Below are positions 29,785 to 39,383 of a stretch of DNA of 39,573 nt, piece after piece (the stretch's first letter is position 1; each line of letters begins with the position of its first letter). The position numbers and the translations under genes were made by a program. Below the pieces are notes generated by a model that saw nothing but the letters and a program-made list of their open reading frames with translations, ran no database searches and had not been told where the DNA came from. Origin of the DNA: Paracoccaceae bacterium (GTDB taxonomy: Bacteria > Pseudomonadota > Alphaproteobacteria > Rhodobacterales > Rhodobacteraceae); assembly GCA_002712045.1 (NCBI GenBank), contig PARX01000056.1, positions 1-39,573 of the forward strand, read 5' to 3'.

Positions 29785-30009
29785 TTATTCTTGCAAATAT
29801 TTTTTTACCGCATCATTAACCATATCATCTAAATTATTATCTTCTGGGTTTGATGAATTGACGTATTTAACAATTTCTTTTCTCATTACAGGAGGCCAGA
29901 ATTTTTTTAAATGTGTTGCAATATCTTTTGTTGCTTGTTCTTTATCAGGATAGCTTTTAAAAAAACCTCCTATTTGATTTGCCATAGTAATTAAATGATT
30001 TTTTTCCAT
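29785..30009 (-). CDS. fdsD: NAD-dependent formate dehydrogenase delta subunit
   Basis: LITMANQIGGFF and HLKKFWPPVMR; last gene of the fds operon. Confidence 0.92.
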   Translation of the reverse strand: MEKNHLITMANQIGGFFKSYPDKEQATKDIATHLKKFWPPVMRKEIVKYVNSSNPEDNNLDDMVNDAVKKYLQE

Positions 30010-30018
30010 TGCAGAATT

Positions 30019-30834
30019 TTACTCTATTATTCTTTCATTGTGACTATAAATTGTATATCTTGACTCTCTAGCAAAACCAATTAGAGTTATTCCTAAATTT
30101 TCAGCTAATCTTATAGCTAAACCAGTTGGAGCAGATATTGCGACCAAAAGCTTTAAGTTTAAATAAGCAATTTTTTGAATCATTTCATAACTTGCTCTAC
30201 TTGATGTAATAATAAAAGAATCTTCGGTGACTTCATGTTTTATACTGGCTCCGATCAATTTATCTAGAGCTATATGTCTACCTACGTCCTCTCGAGTAAT
30301 TTTTATTATTCCATTATTTTGACATAAAGCCGAAGCATGAGTTGCCCCAGTTTTTTTTTGTAATATTTGGTTTTTAGAAAAAATTTCTAATGCTTTTAAA
30401 ATATTTTTAGAATCAAACTGGTGATTTGAGTTTTTTATTTTTGGTATTCTCATTGCTTGAGATAAACTTTCAGCGCCACAAAGTCCACATCCAGTTCTTC
30501 CAGTTAAATTTCTTCTTATTTCTTTTAGATTTGCAAAATTCTCTGATGCTATTTCTATATTCAATTCAATACCATTGTCTTTGTTTTCTATTTCGATAGA
30601 ATATATATCAGATATTTTATTTACAATTCCTTCAGTAATAGAAAAACCTAATGCAAAATCTTCTAAGTTAGAAGGTGTCCCCATCATTACAACATGCGAT
30701 ATACCATTATAAATTAAAGCAATAGGTGTTTCTTCGGCAACACTTTCAACAATTTCTTTTTTTAAAGATGTACTTTTATATGCCTTAGAATTTGTTACTG
30801 ATTCTTTTGTTTGGATAAATTTAGAATTGCTCAC
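30019..30834 (-). CDS. fdhD: Formate dehydrogenase accessory sulfurtransferase (FdhD/FdsC)
   Basis: EETPIAL, GCGLCG, TGATHA, REDVGRHIALDKLIG and AISAPT motifs. Confidence 0.95.
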   Translation of the reverse strand: MSNSKFIQTKESVTNSKAYKSTSLKKEIVESVAEETPIALIYNGISHVVMMGTPSNLEDFALGFSITEGIVNKISDIYSIEIENKDNGIELNIEIASENFANLKEIRRNLTGRTGCGLCGAESLSQAMRIPKIKNSNHQFDSKNILKALEIFSKNQILQKKTGATHASALCQNNGIIKITREDVGRHIALDKLIGASIKHEVTEDSFIITSSRASYEMIQKIAYLNLKLLVAISAPTGLAIRLAENLGITLIGFARESRYTIYSHNERIIE

Positions 30835-30841
30835 TTAAAAT

Positions 30842-33685
30842 TTAATCTACCTGCGCCTCATTCTTTTTTGCAAACTTAATTTGTTTTTCACTAAATTCTT
30901 GATATTTTTCTTGCCATTCTGATGGTTGAGTAACTTTAGTGACTTGAACTGCCGTTACTTTAAATTCTGGGCAATTTGTGGCCCAATCTGAATTGTCTGT
31001 AGTGATAACATTAGCACCAGATACGGGATGATGGAAAGTTGTATAAACAACTCCTGGTTGCACACGATCGGTTATTTTTGCTCTTAAAACAGTATCTCCT
31101 GCTCTACTATTAATACCAACCCAATCTTGCTCATTTATACCTCTATCTTCAGCATCATGCGGATGAATCTCAATTAAATCTTCATCATGCCACTCAACAT
31201 TATTTGTCCTTCTTGTTTGGGCCCCAACATTGTAGTGAGCTAAAATACGACCAGTAGTTAGAATAAGTGGGAATTTATTATTAACGCGCTCTGAAGTCGG
31301 AATATATTCAGTAATAAAAAATTTACCTTTTCCTCTAACAAATTCATCAACATGCATAGTAGGTGTTCCCTCTTTATGATCTTCATTACATGGCCATTGA
31401 ATACTTCCTAATTTATCTATTTTATCAAAACTAACACCTTTAAATTGTGGGGTTAATTGTGCAATCTCATCCATAATTTCACTAGCATGCTTGTAATTCA
31501 TTGGGTACCCTAAAGCATTTGAAAGCATTTGTGTAATTTCCCAATCTTCATAACCATTTTTTGGGGCCATAACCTTTCTTACACGAGAAATTCTTCTTTC
31601 TGCATTAGTGAAAGTACCATTTTTTTCCAAAAATGATGATCCAGGTAAAAATACATGAGCATACATTGCAGTTTCATTCAAAAATAGATCTTGAACAATT
31701 ACACATTCCATTGATTCAAGAGCGTGTGTTACATGTTGAGTATCTGGATCTGATTGAGCAATATCTTCTCCTTCACAATATACAGATTTGAATTTACCAG
31801 AAATTGCCCCATCAAGCATATTTGGTATTCTTAATCCTGGCTCTTCGTAAAGTTTCGTATCCCATGCGCTTTCAAATAAAGAACGGGTTGCTAAATCTGA
31901 TACATGCCTATACCCAGGAAACTCATGTGGGAAAGATCCCATATCACAAGCACCTTGAACATTATTTTGCCCCCTCAATGGATTAATACCAACACCTTCT
32001 CTACCTATATTTCCTGTTGCCATGGCCAGATTGGCTATTCCCATAACCATTGTTGAGCCTTGACTATGTTCGGTTACTCCTAATCCATAATAAATAGCGC
32101 CATTGTCACCTTGCGCAAATAATCTTGCAGCCTTTCTAACTAATTCAGCAGGGATACCTGTGTCATCTTCTAATGTTTCTGGAGAATTCCTTTTTTCTGA
32201 AATAAAATCTTTCCAGTAAGTAAATGCTTCAGATTCACATCTTTTTTTAATAAAATCTTCATCCATTAATTTTTCAGTAACTACAACATGGGCTATTGAA
32301 TTTATAGTTGCAACATTTGTACCTGGTTTAAGTTTTAAATGAAAATCTGCCTTAACATGTGGAGTATTCTTGACTAAATCTATTTCTCTAGGGTCAACTA
32401 TAATTAATTTGGCTCCCTCTCTTAATCTTCTTTTCATTTGAGAGGCAAAAACAGGATGGCCATCTGTTGGATTTGCTCCAATGACCATAATGACGTCCGA
32501 CTTCATGATTGAGTCAAAATTTTGTGTTCCTGAAGACTCGCCTAATGTTTGTTTTAATCCATAGCCTGTTGGAGAGTGACAAACTCTAGCACAAGTATCT
32601 ATATTATTATTTCCATATCCTGCCCTTACAATTTTTTGCATTAAATAAGTTTCTTCATTAGTACATCTTGACGATGAAATTGCACCGACTGAATCAAATC
32701 CATATTTTTTTTGTATTCTTTTAATTTCAGAAGCTGCATAATTGATTGCTTCTTCCCAAGATACTTTTTTCCATGGATCTTTGATACTTTTTCTTATCAT
32801 AGGTGAAGTTATTCTATCTTTATGGGTTGTATAACCCCAAGCAAACCGACCTTTTACACATGAATGCCCATGATTTGCACCACCATCTTTATTTGGTGAC
32901 ATTCTAACAACTTCTTCTCCTTGCATTTCAGCATTAAAAGAACAACCAACTCCACAATAAGCACAGGTAGTAGTAACTGATCTTTCAGGTTGTCCATGAT
33001 CAATAATACTTTTCTCAACAAGCGTTGCTGTTGGACAAGCCTGAACACATGCCCCACAAGATACACATTCTGAGTCCATAAAATCTTTATTTCCTGCAGA
33101 AACTTTCGACTCAAAGCCTCTTGCGTCAATAGTTAAAGCATATGTTCCCTGAGTTTCTTCACATGCTCTAACACATCTTGAACATACAATACATTTAGAG
33201 GGATCGAACGTAAAATACGGATTAGATTCATCCTTTTCTGAATTTAAATGATTTTCACCTTCATAACCATACCGAACATCTCTAAGTCCCACAGCTCCAG
33301 CCATATCTTGAAGTTCACAATCCCCATTCGTTGCACAAGTTAAACAATCTAAAGGGTGATCAGATATGTACAGCTCCATAACCCCTTTTCTGATATCAGC
33401 TAATTTTGGTGTTTGAGTATGGATTTTCAAGTCTTGCTCTACTGGCGTTGTGCAAGATGCTGGATAGCCTCGCTTACCCTCTATCTCTACAAGGCATAAT
33501 CGACATGAACCAAACGGATCTAAACTATCAGTTGCACATAATTTTGGGACAGATACGCCAGCTTCCGAAGCTGCACGCATAATTGAAGTCCCTTCAGGGA
33601 CAGATATATCAATGCCGTCAATATTTAAATCGACTAACTTTTCTGCAGTTTTTTTTGGCGTACCAAAATCTTTTGTATCATCCAT
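30842..33685 (-). CDS. fdsA: NAD-dependent formate dehydrogenase alpha (catalytic Mo-bis-MGD) subunit
   Basis: N-terminal Fe-S motifs (CRLC, HPLDCLTC, CIVCSRC, CVSCGAC, CAYCGVGC), active-site CARVCH with Cys ligand, and LRGQNNVQG. Confidence 0.96.
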   Translation of the reverse strand: MDDTKDFGTPKKTAEKLVDLNIDGIDISVPEGTSIMRAASEAGVSVPKLCATDSLDPFGSCRLCLVEIEGKRGYPASCTTPVEQDLKIHTQTPKLADIRKGVMELYISDHPLDCLTCATNGDCELQDMAGAVGLRDVRYGYEGENHLNSEKDESNPYFTFDPSKCIVCSRCVRACEETQGTYALTIDARGFESKVSAGNKDFMDSECVSCGACVQACPTATLVEKSIIDHGQPERSVTTTCAYCGVGCSFNAEMQGEEVVRMSPNKDGGANHGHSCVKGRFAWGYTTHKDRITSPMIRKSIKDPWKKVSWEEAINYAASEIKRIQKKYGFDSVGAISSSRCTNEETYLMQKIVRAGYGNNNIDTCARVCHSPTGYGLKQTLGESSGTQNFDSIMKSDVIMVIGANPTDGHPVFASQMKRRLREGAKLIIVDPREIDLVKNTPHVKADFHLKLKPGTNVATINSIAHVVVTEKLMDEDFIKKRCESEAFTYWKDFISEKRNSPETLEDDTGIPAELVRKAARLFAQGDNGAIYYGLGVTEHSQGSTMVMGIANLAMATGNIGREGVGINPLRGQNNVQGACDMGSFPHEFPGYRHVSDLATRSLFESAWDTKLYEEPGLRIPNMLDGAISGKFKSVYCEGEDIAQSDPDTQHVTHALESMECVIVQDLFLNETAMYAHVFLPGSSFLEKNGTFTNAERRISRVRKVMAPKNGYEDWEITQMLSNALGYPMNYKHASEIMDEIAQLTPQFKGVSFDKIDKLGSIQWPCNEDHKEGTPTMHVDEFVRGKGKFFITEYIPTSERVNNKFPLILTTGRILAHYNVGAQTRRTNNVEWHDEDLIEIHPHDAEDRGINEQDWVGINSRAGDTVLRAKITDRVQPGVVYTTFHHPVSGANVITTDNSDWATNCPEFKVTAVQVTKVTQPSEWQEKYQEFSEKQIKFAKKNEAQVD

Positions 33686-33786
33686 ATTTTTTTGCTTTTG
33701 GCATAATTTCTAATGGGATTTTGTCCCAATCATATATAATTTTTATTAAGTTATTAATTTAATTAACTTAAGTTGTAAGTTTATGC

Positions 33787-35334
33787 TTAAGTTTCTGTTT
33801 TTTCAAGTCCGAAATCTCCAGGAAAGTAATTAAGTGCGCTTATAACTGGAAAAGGTGTCATACCGCCCATGGCACATAATGATCCGTTTACCATGGTATC
33901 TCCTAAATCTCTTAATAATGAGACGTTTTTTTCTTGATCTACGCCTTCTTTAATTTTGTCAATAACTTCCATACCTCGAGTCGATCCAATCCTACATGGT
34001 GTACATTTTCCACATGACTCAATCGCACAAAATTCAAAAGAATACCTTGCCAATTTTGACATATCTACTGTGTCATCAAATGCAACAATTCCACCGTGAC
34101 CAACAACAGCTTTAATTTCACTGAATTTTTCATAATCAAGAGGAGTATCAAATTGTTCTTCTGGTAAAAATGCACCTAAAGGTCCACCAACTTGAACTGC
34201 TTTAATAGGTTTTCCCGTTGCAGATCCTCCTCCAAAATCGTATAAAAGCTCTCTTAATGAAATTCCAAATGCCTTCTCAATTAAACCAGTCTGTTTTAAA
34301 TTACCAGCTAATTGAATAGGAAGTGTACCTTTTGAACGTCCCATTCCATAATTAGCGTAAAAAGAAGCTCCTTTGTCCATAATAATTGGAACTGTGGCAA
34401 GTGATATTACATTATTAACCACAGTTGGCTTTCCATATAAACCCTCAATAGCTGGTAATGGTGGTTTATATCTCACCATTCCTCTTTTTCCTTCTAAGCT
34501 TTCAAGTAAAGAGGTTTCTTCGCCACAAATATAAGCTCCAGCAGCACGAGTAACTTCTAATTTAAAAGAAAAATCTGATCCAAGAATATTACTACCAAGG
34601 TAATTTTTACTTAAAGCAATCTTTATAGCTTCATTTAAAACTTCTAAAGCGTTAGGATATTCAGAACGTAAATATATATATCCATGATCTGCTCCAACAG
34701 CAAGTCCAGCAATAATAATTCCTTCAATTAAAACAAAAGGATCATTTTCCATAATCATTCTGTCAGAAAAAGTTCCAGAATCTCCTTCATCTGCATTACA
34801 AACAATATATTTTTTATCTGAAGGAGCATCTAAAACTGTTTTCCATTTTATACCTGTAGGAAATGCTGCGCCCCCTCTTCCTCTTAAACCAGAATCTGAG
34901 ATTTCTTTAACAATATTTTCTGGGGTTAGCTTAATGGAATTTTTAAGCCCATTAAAACCATTTAATTTTTCATATTCATCTATATCTAAAGGGTCTATAA
35001 TTCCAACTCTCGCATAAGTTAATCTTTCTTGATTTTTTAACCACTTTATTTCTTCTGTGATTCCCAAACATAATGGGTGTTTACTTCCTAAGTAAAATTT
35101 ACTATCAAATAAAGAAGGAACATCAGAGACATTTACTGGGCCATAAGCTACTCTTCCATTTTTAGTATCAACTTCAATTAGTGGCTCAAGCCAAAATAAA
35201 CCACGCGAACCATTTCGAACTATTTCTATATCAATATTTTTTTTCTTAGCTTCATTCAAAACTGCTTGATAAACATCATTAGCGCCTAATGATATTGAAC
35301 TTGAATCTCTAGGTATGTAGATTTTGTATGTCAT
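33787..35334 (-). CDS. fdsB: NAD-dependent formate dehydrogenase beta subunit (NuoF-like)
   Basis: RNGSRG, SGLRGRGGAAFP, CNADEGDSG, YICGEETSL and ESCGKCTPCR motifs. Confidence 0.95.
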   Translation of the reverse strand: MTYKIYIPRDSSSISLGANDVYQAVLNEAKKKNIDIEIVRNGSRGLFWLEPLIEVDTKNGRVAYGPVNVSDVPSLFDSKFYLGSKHPLCLGITEEIKWLKNQERLTYARVGIIDPLDIDEYEKLNGFNGLKNSIKLTPENIVKEISDSGLRGRGGAAFPTGIKWKTVLDAPSDKKYIVCNADEGDSGTFSDRMIMENDPFVLIEGIIIAGLAVGADHGYIYLRSEYPNALEVLNEAIKIALSKNYLGSNILGSDFSFKLEVTRAAGAYICGEETSLLESLEGKRGMVRYKPPLPAIEGLYGKPTVVNNVISLATVPIIMDKGASFYANYGMGRSKGTLPIQLAGNLKQTGLIEKAFGISLRELLYDFGGGSATGKPIKAVQVGGPLGAFLPEEQFDTPLDYEKFSEIKAVVGHGGIVAFDDTVDMSKLARYSFEFCAIESCGKCTPCRIGSTRGMEVIDKIKEGVDQEKNVSLLRDLGDTMVNGSLCAMGGMTPFPVISALNYFPGDFGLEKTET

Positions 35335-35807
35335 TAACTGTCTACAGCATCTTCAATAATTTGATCTATTTTTTCTGGTGTAACTCTTCCTATAACTTCC
35401 TCATTTATCATAACTGCCGGTGAACAAGCACAATTTCCTAAACAATAAACAGGTTCTAGTGTAATTAAATTGTCTTCGGTGGTTTCGTGGTAATTGATCC
35501 CTAACTTTTTTTGACAATAATTTTCTAACTCTTCTGATCCCATCGATTGGCAAGACTCAGCACGACAAATTTGAAGGATATTTTTACCTGGTAAATGCGT
35601 TCTAAAATGATGATAAAAAGTTACAAAGCCATGAATTTCTGCAACAGATAAATTATAGGCCTTAGAAATTGGCTGATATGATTCTTCTGGAACAAATCCA
35701 AGATCATCCTGAATAGCATGCATTAAGGGTAATAATGCACCAGGAACATTTTGATACTTTTGTACATGTTTATTTATTTTTTCTATTTGTTTACTTGATA
35801 ATGTCAT
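35334..35807 (-). CDS. fdsG: NAD-dependent formate dehydrogenase gamma subunit (NuoE-like)
   Basis: [24 protein letters not shown] and CLGNCACSP motifs. Confidence 0.95.
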   Translation of the reverse strand: MTLSSKQIEKINKHVQKYQNVPGALLPLMHAIQDDLGFVPEESYQPISKAYNLSVAEIHGFVTFYHHFRTHLPGKNILQICRAESCQSMGSEELENYCQKKLGINYHETTEDNLITLEPVYCLGNCACSPAVMINEEVIGRVTPEKIDQIIEDAVDS

Positions 35808-35957
35808 TTTTATATTTTTTCACTTTTTACCTATATTCAACATACAGCTATTATACTTTAAGTTTAAGAAGTCATCTCTATGAGATTTTTATTACTTAAT
35901 TAAGTTAAAATAGTAAAAACACATGAAAGACTATACTCGAACTATTATAGGACCGTT

Positions 35958-36941
35958 ATGCTTACTGATCAGTTCAATAGAAAAATAAATTATATTAGGG
36001 TTTCAGTAACTTATAGATGCGACTTCAGATGTGTCTATTGTATGTCTGAAAAAATGAAATTTATTCCTAAAGATGATTTATTATCATTAGAAGAAATTGC
36101 AAGAATCATAAGAATTTTTAATGAGTTAGGTATTGAAAAAGTCAGAATCACTGGTGGCGAGCCGTTAGTAAGAAAAAATATAGACTGGTTATTTAAAACT
36201 ATACATAAAGAAAATAATTTTAAAGAAATCACATTAACTACTAATGGTAGTCAATTAAAGCAAAAAGCCTTAATGCTTAAAGATTCTGGAGTTGAAAGAA
36301 TTAATATTAGTCTTGATAGTTTAGACCCAAAAATTTTTAATCTTATGACAAGAGTTGGAAAATTAAATGACGTTCTAGAAGGTATTGAGCATGCAAAAAA
36401 AATAGGTTTTAAAAAAATAAAATTAAATGTTGTCCTCATGAAAAACCTAAATGGTCATGAGATTTTTAATCTAGTTGATTTCGCAATTGCTTCAGACTTT
36501 GACATCGCCTTTATAGAAGAAATGCCACTTGGTAATACAAAATTTGATAGAAGTCAGACCTCAATAAGTAATGACAATATTTTAAATTCTTTGCAAACTA
36601 AATACTCCCTTTTAAAATCAGATTTAAATACTGGTGGCCCATCAAAATACTGGAAAATAACTAATTCAAATACAAAAATTGGATTAATATCTCCTCATTC
36701 TCATAATTTTTGTGAAGACTGTAATCGAGTCAGAATAAGCTGTAAAGGCGAGTTATTTTTATGTCTTGGACATGAAGACAAAGTAGAGCTACTCCCATTA
36801 ATTAAGTCTCATCCTTTTGATGATGGTCCTATAATAGAAGCAATAATTAATAGTATGAAATTTAAACCAGAGTCCCATACTTTTAACCTTTTGGATAAAC
36901 AACCTTCTGTTATTAGATTTATGTCGCACACAGGGGGTTAA
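35958..36941 (+). CDS. moaA: GTP 3',8-cyclase
   Basis: CDFRCVYCM radical SAM motif, TGGEPL, NISLDSL, FCEDCNRVR and C-terminal GG. Confidence 0.96.
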   Translation: MLTDQFNRKINYIRVSVTYRCDFRCVYCMSEKMKFIPKDDLLSLEEIARIIRIFNELGIEKVRITGGEPLVRKNIDWLFKTIHKENNFKEITLTTNGSQLKQKALMLKDSGVERINISLDSLDPKIFNLMTRVGKLNDVLEGIEHAKKIGFKKIKLNVVLMKNLNGHEIFNLVDFAIASDFDIAFIEEMPLGNTKFDRSQTSISNDNILNSLQTKYSLLKSDLNTGGPSKYWKITNSNTKIGLISPHSHNFCEDCNRVRISCKGELFLCLGHEDKVELLPLIKSHPFDDGPIIEAIINSMKFKPESHTFNLLDKQPSVIRFMSHTGG

Positions 36942-37520
36942 TTGAAAACTGAAATAGAAGGTGTAATCCTTGCAGGAGGAAAATCAAAAAGAATGGGCTC
37001 AAATAAATCTCTTATTAAGTTAAATAATAAATACCTAATCGAACATGTATACAATAGATTAAATAAACAAGTTTCTCATATATCGATTAATACAAACACA
37101 ATTATTAAGATTTTTCCAAAAAATATTCAGTTCCAGGATCTTATTTCAAATAATACTGGGCCACTTGCTGGGATTCAAGCAGGTTTATTTAACGCAAAAA
37201 ACAACTGGGTACAATTTTGCCCTAATGATAGTCCATTTTTACCCTATAACTTGGTAAATAAATTAAGCAGTTATATTAAAAATAATGGGCCTACTATTAT
37301 AGTACCTTTGCTTTTTGGCCGTATAGAACCTGTATTCATGTTATGTCATCGCTCATTAATCAAAAATCTTGAGGAATTTATTGATACAGGTGGAAGAAAA
37401 ATAGAATCTTGGATAAAAAAAAATAATTACAAAACAGTTCCATTTTCTAACAAAAAAGCATTCACAAATATTAACAATCTTAACGAATTAGAAGAAATTG
37501 AAAAAACAACAAGTAAATAA
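36942..37520 (+). CDS. mobA: Molybdenum cofactor guanylyltransferase
   Basis: ILAGGKSKRMG, GPLAGI, DSPFLP and FTNIN motifs. Confidence 0.92.
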   Translation: MKTEIEGVILAGGKSKRMGSNKSLIKLNNKYLIEHVYNRLNKQVSHISINTNTIIKIFPKNIQFQDLISNNTGPLAGIQAGLFNAKNNWVQFCPNDSPFLPYNLVNKLSSYIKNNGPTIIVPLLFGRIEPVFMLCHRSLIKNLEEFIDTGGRKIESWIKKNNYKTVPFSNKKAFTNINNLNELEEIEKTTSK

Positions 37521-38043
37521 AAATTCATGTGTGATAGGTATTTGTGCATCTAACAGTGGGTGTGGAAAAACAACGTTAATTGAAAAATTAGTTCCAAAAT
37601 TGATACAAAAGGGATTTATTGTTTCAGTAATTAAACATGCCCATCATAAATTTGATATAGATATTCCAGGAAAAGATAGTTTTCGTCTAAGAAAAGCGGG
37701 TGCATATCAAACTTTAGTTTTTAATGATGTTCGATCAGCTGTAATTACTGAAAATATAAATAATGAAGTCAGTTTAGAAAAAGAAATAAAAAAAATTAAT
37801 TTAAATGCAGATATTATTTTGATCGAAGGATTAAAAAATATGGCTTACCCGAAAATTGAAATTTATAGAAATAATATTTCAGATGAAAAATTATATGAAA
37901 ATGATTCCAATATTATCGCAATTGCATCTGACATTATTCTAGATAAAAAAATACCATGTTTTAATTTAAATGATATAAATGGAATAGTAGATTTTATAAT
38001 TGAAAATAAACATAAGTATGAATTTAAATACGATAATGACTAA
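37498..38043 (+). CDS. mobB: Molybdopterin-guanine dinucleotide biosynthesis protein B
   Basis: SGCGKTTL, IKHAHH, DIPGKDS and LIEG motifs. Confidence 0.93.
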   Translation: MKKQQVNKNSCVIGICASNSGCGKTTLIEKLVPKLIQKGFIVSVIKHAHHKFDIDIPGKDSFRLRKAGAYQTLVFNDVRSAVITENINNEVSLEKEIKKINLNADIILIEGLKNMAYPKIEIYRNNISDEKLYENDSNIIAIASDIILDKKIPCFNLNDINGIVDFIIENKHKYEFKYDND

Positions 38044-39310
38044 AAAAATTACATTAAGAAATTTATCTAAAGAACCTGGATGCCTAGCAGAATATGATCC
38101 TAATTCGATGAGTATTGACTCAGCAAAAAAAATGATAGACTCATTTATAGAGCCAATTAAAAAAACTGAATCTGTAAAGCTCATAAATTCAATTAACCGA
38201 ATTCTAGCGGTTGATTTAATATCTCCAATTAATGTTCCAAATTATGATAATTCAGCAATGGATGGCTTTGGATTTAAATTCTCTTCATTAAAAAATACAA
38301 AAACCTTAAATGTAAAAAATAAAGTTTTAGCTGGAAATCTAAAAATTAATCATATAAAAGATGATGAAGCTATTAAGATAATGACTGGAGGAAAAATTCC
38401 AAATGGTGTCGATACTGTTATACCAATTGAATTAGTTAACTATAAGAATAATCAAATAACATTTACTGAAGCCCCAAAAGTTGGCTCAAATATAAGAAAA
38501 GCTGGAGAAGATATAAGAAAAAAAGATATTGTTCTTAAAAAAGGGACTTTAATTTATCCTTCACAATTAGGATTGATTGCTTCTTTAGGTTTTTCGAAGA
38601 TAAAAGTTTTTAAAAAACTAAAAGTAGGATTTTTTTCAACTGGAGATGAAATTGTTCAAGTAGGTAAAAAAATAAAATCAGGACAAGTTTATGATAGTAA
38701 TCATTTTACAATTCACTCTATGCTATCTAGATTAAATGTTGAATGTCTAGATTTAGAAGTTATTCCTGACAATAAAAAAATTATCAAAAATACCCTAAAA
38801 AAATTATCAAACCAAGCTGACGTAATCATTACAAGTGGCGGAGTATCTGTAGGTGAGGCGGACTATATGAAAGAAGTTTTAAAAGAAATTGGTGAAGTTT
38901 TATTTTGGAAATTAGCAATTAAACCAGGAAGACCTATGGCTTTCGGAAAAATAAAAAATACTGACTTTTTTGGCCTTCCAGGAAATCCTGTATCAGCTAT
39001 GGTTACTTTCTACCAAATTGTTCAAAGTGCTCTTAAAATAAAAATGGGCTCAAATCTCAAACAAAAAATACCAACGTTAAAAGTTGAGTGTAGTGAATCC
39101 ATCTTTAAAAAACCAGGTAGAACAGAATTTGTAAGAGGTATATTATATGAGTCTGATGGGGTATGGAAAGTCAAAACTACTGGAAAACAAGGATCCGGTA
39201 TCTTAAGCTCTATGAGTAAAGCAAATTGCTTTATAGTCCTTACTTCAAACAAAAGAAATGTAAAATCAGGTGAAATTGTTGATGTTCAATTAATGGAAAG
39301 CTTCGTATAG
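38018..39310 (+). CDS. moeA: Molybdopterin molybdotransferase (start ATG 38018 or 38036)
   Basis: NSAMDG, IMTG, STGDE, YDSN, TSGGVSVG, KPGRP and LPGNPVS motifs. Confidence 0.96.
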   Translation: MNLNTIMTKKITLRNLSKEPGCLAEYDPNSMSIDSAKKMIDSFIEPIKKTESVKLINSINRILAVDLISPINVPNYDNSAMDGFGFKFSSLKNTKTLNVKNKVLAGNLKINHIKDDEAIKIMTGGKIPNGVDTVIPIELVNYKNNQITFTEAPKVGSNIRKAGEDIRKKDIVLKKGTLIYPSQLGLIASLGFSKIKVFKKLKVGFFSTGDEIVQVGKKIKSGQVYDSNHFTIHSMLSRLNVECLDLEVIPDNKKIIKNTLKKLSNQADVIITSGGVSVGEADYMKEVLKEIGEVLFWKLAIKPGRPMAFGKIKNTDFFGLPGNPVSAMVTFYQIVQSALKIKMGSNLKQKIPTLKVECSESIFKKPGRTEFVRGILYESDGVWKVKTTGKQGSGILSSMSKANCFIVLTSNKRNVKSGEIVDVQLMESFV

Positions 39311-39383
39311 ACTTGATTTCATTCATTACTTTTACTAAATAAGCTATAATTACTATCCTTTTTACTTAAACTTTCAAAAAAAT

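Noticed and set aside
30842..33685. Selenocysteine in the formate dehydrogenase
   Set aside because: The active site reads CARVCH with a Cys codon and there is no in-frame TGA.
35808..35957. Moco/Tuco riboswitch or ModE box upstream of moaA
   Set aside because: The region is very AT-rich with no multi-stem GC-rich structure or ModE-type palindrome; only short palindromes are present.
970..39252. The many 60-113 aa antisense or alternate-frame ORFs (e.g. 2596..2904, 6145..6444, 6940..7281, 13333..13914, 17958..18143, 28061..28318, 32854..33129)
   Set aside because: They overlap well-supported genes, show no recognisable motifs, and are expected by chance opposite conserved coding frames.
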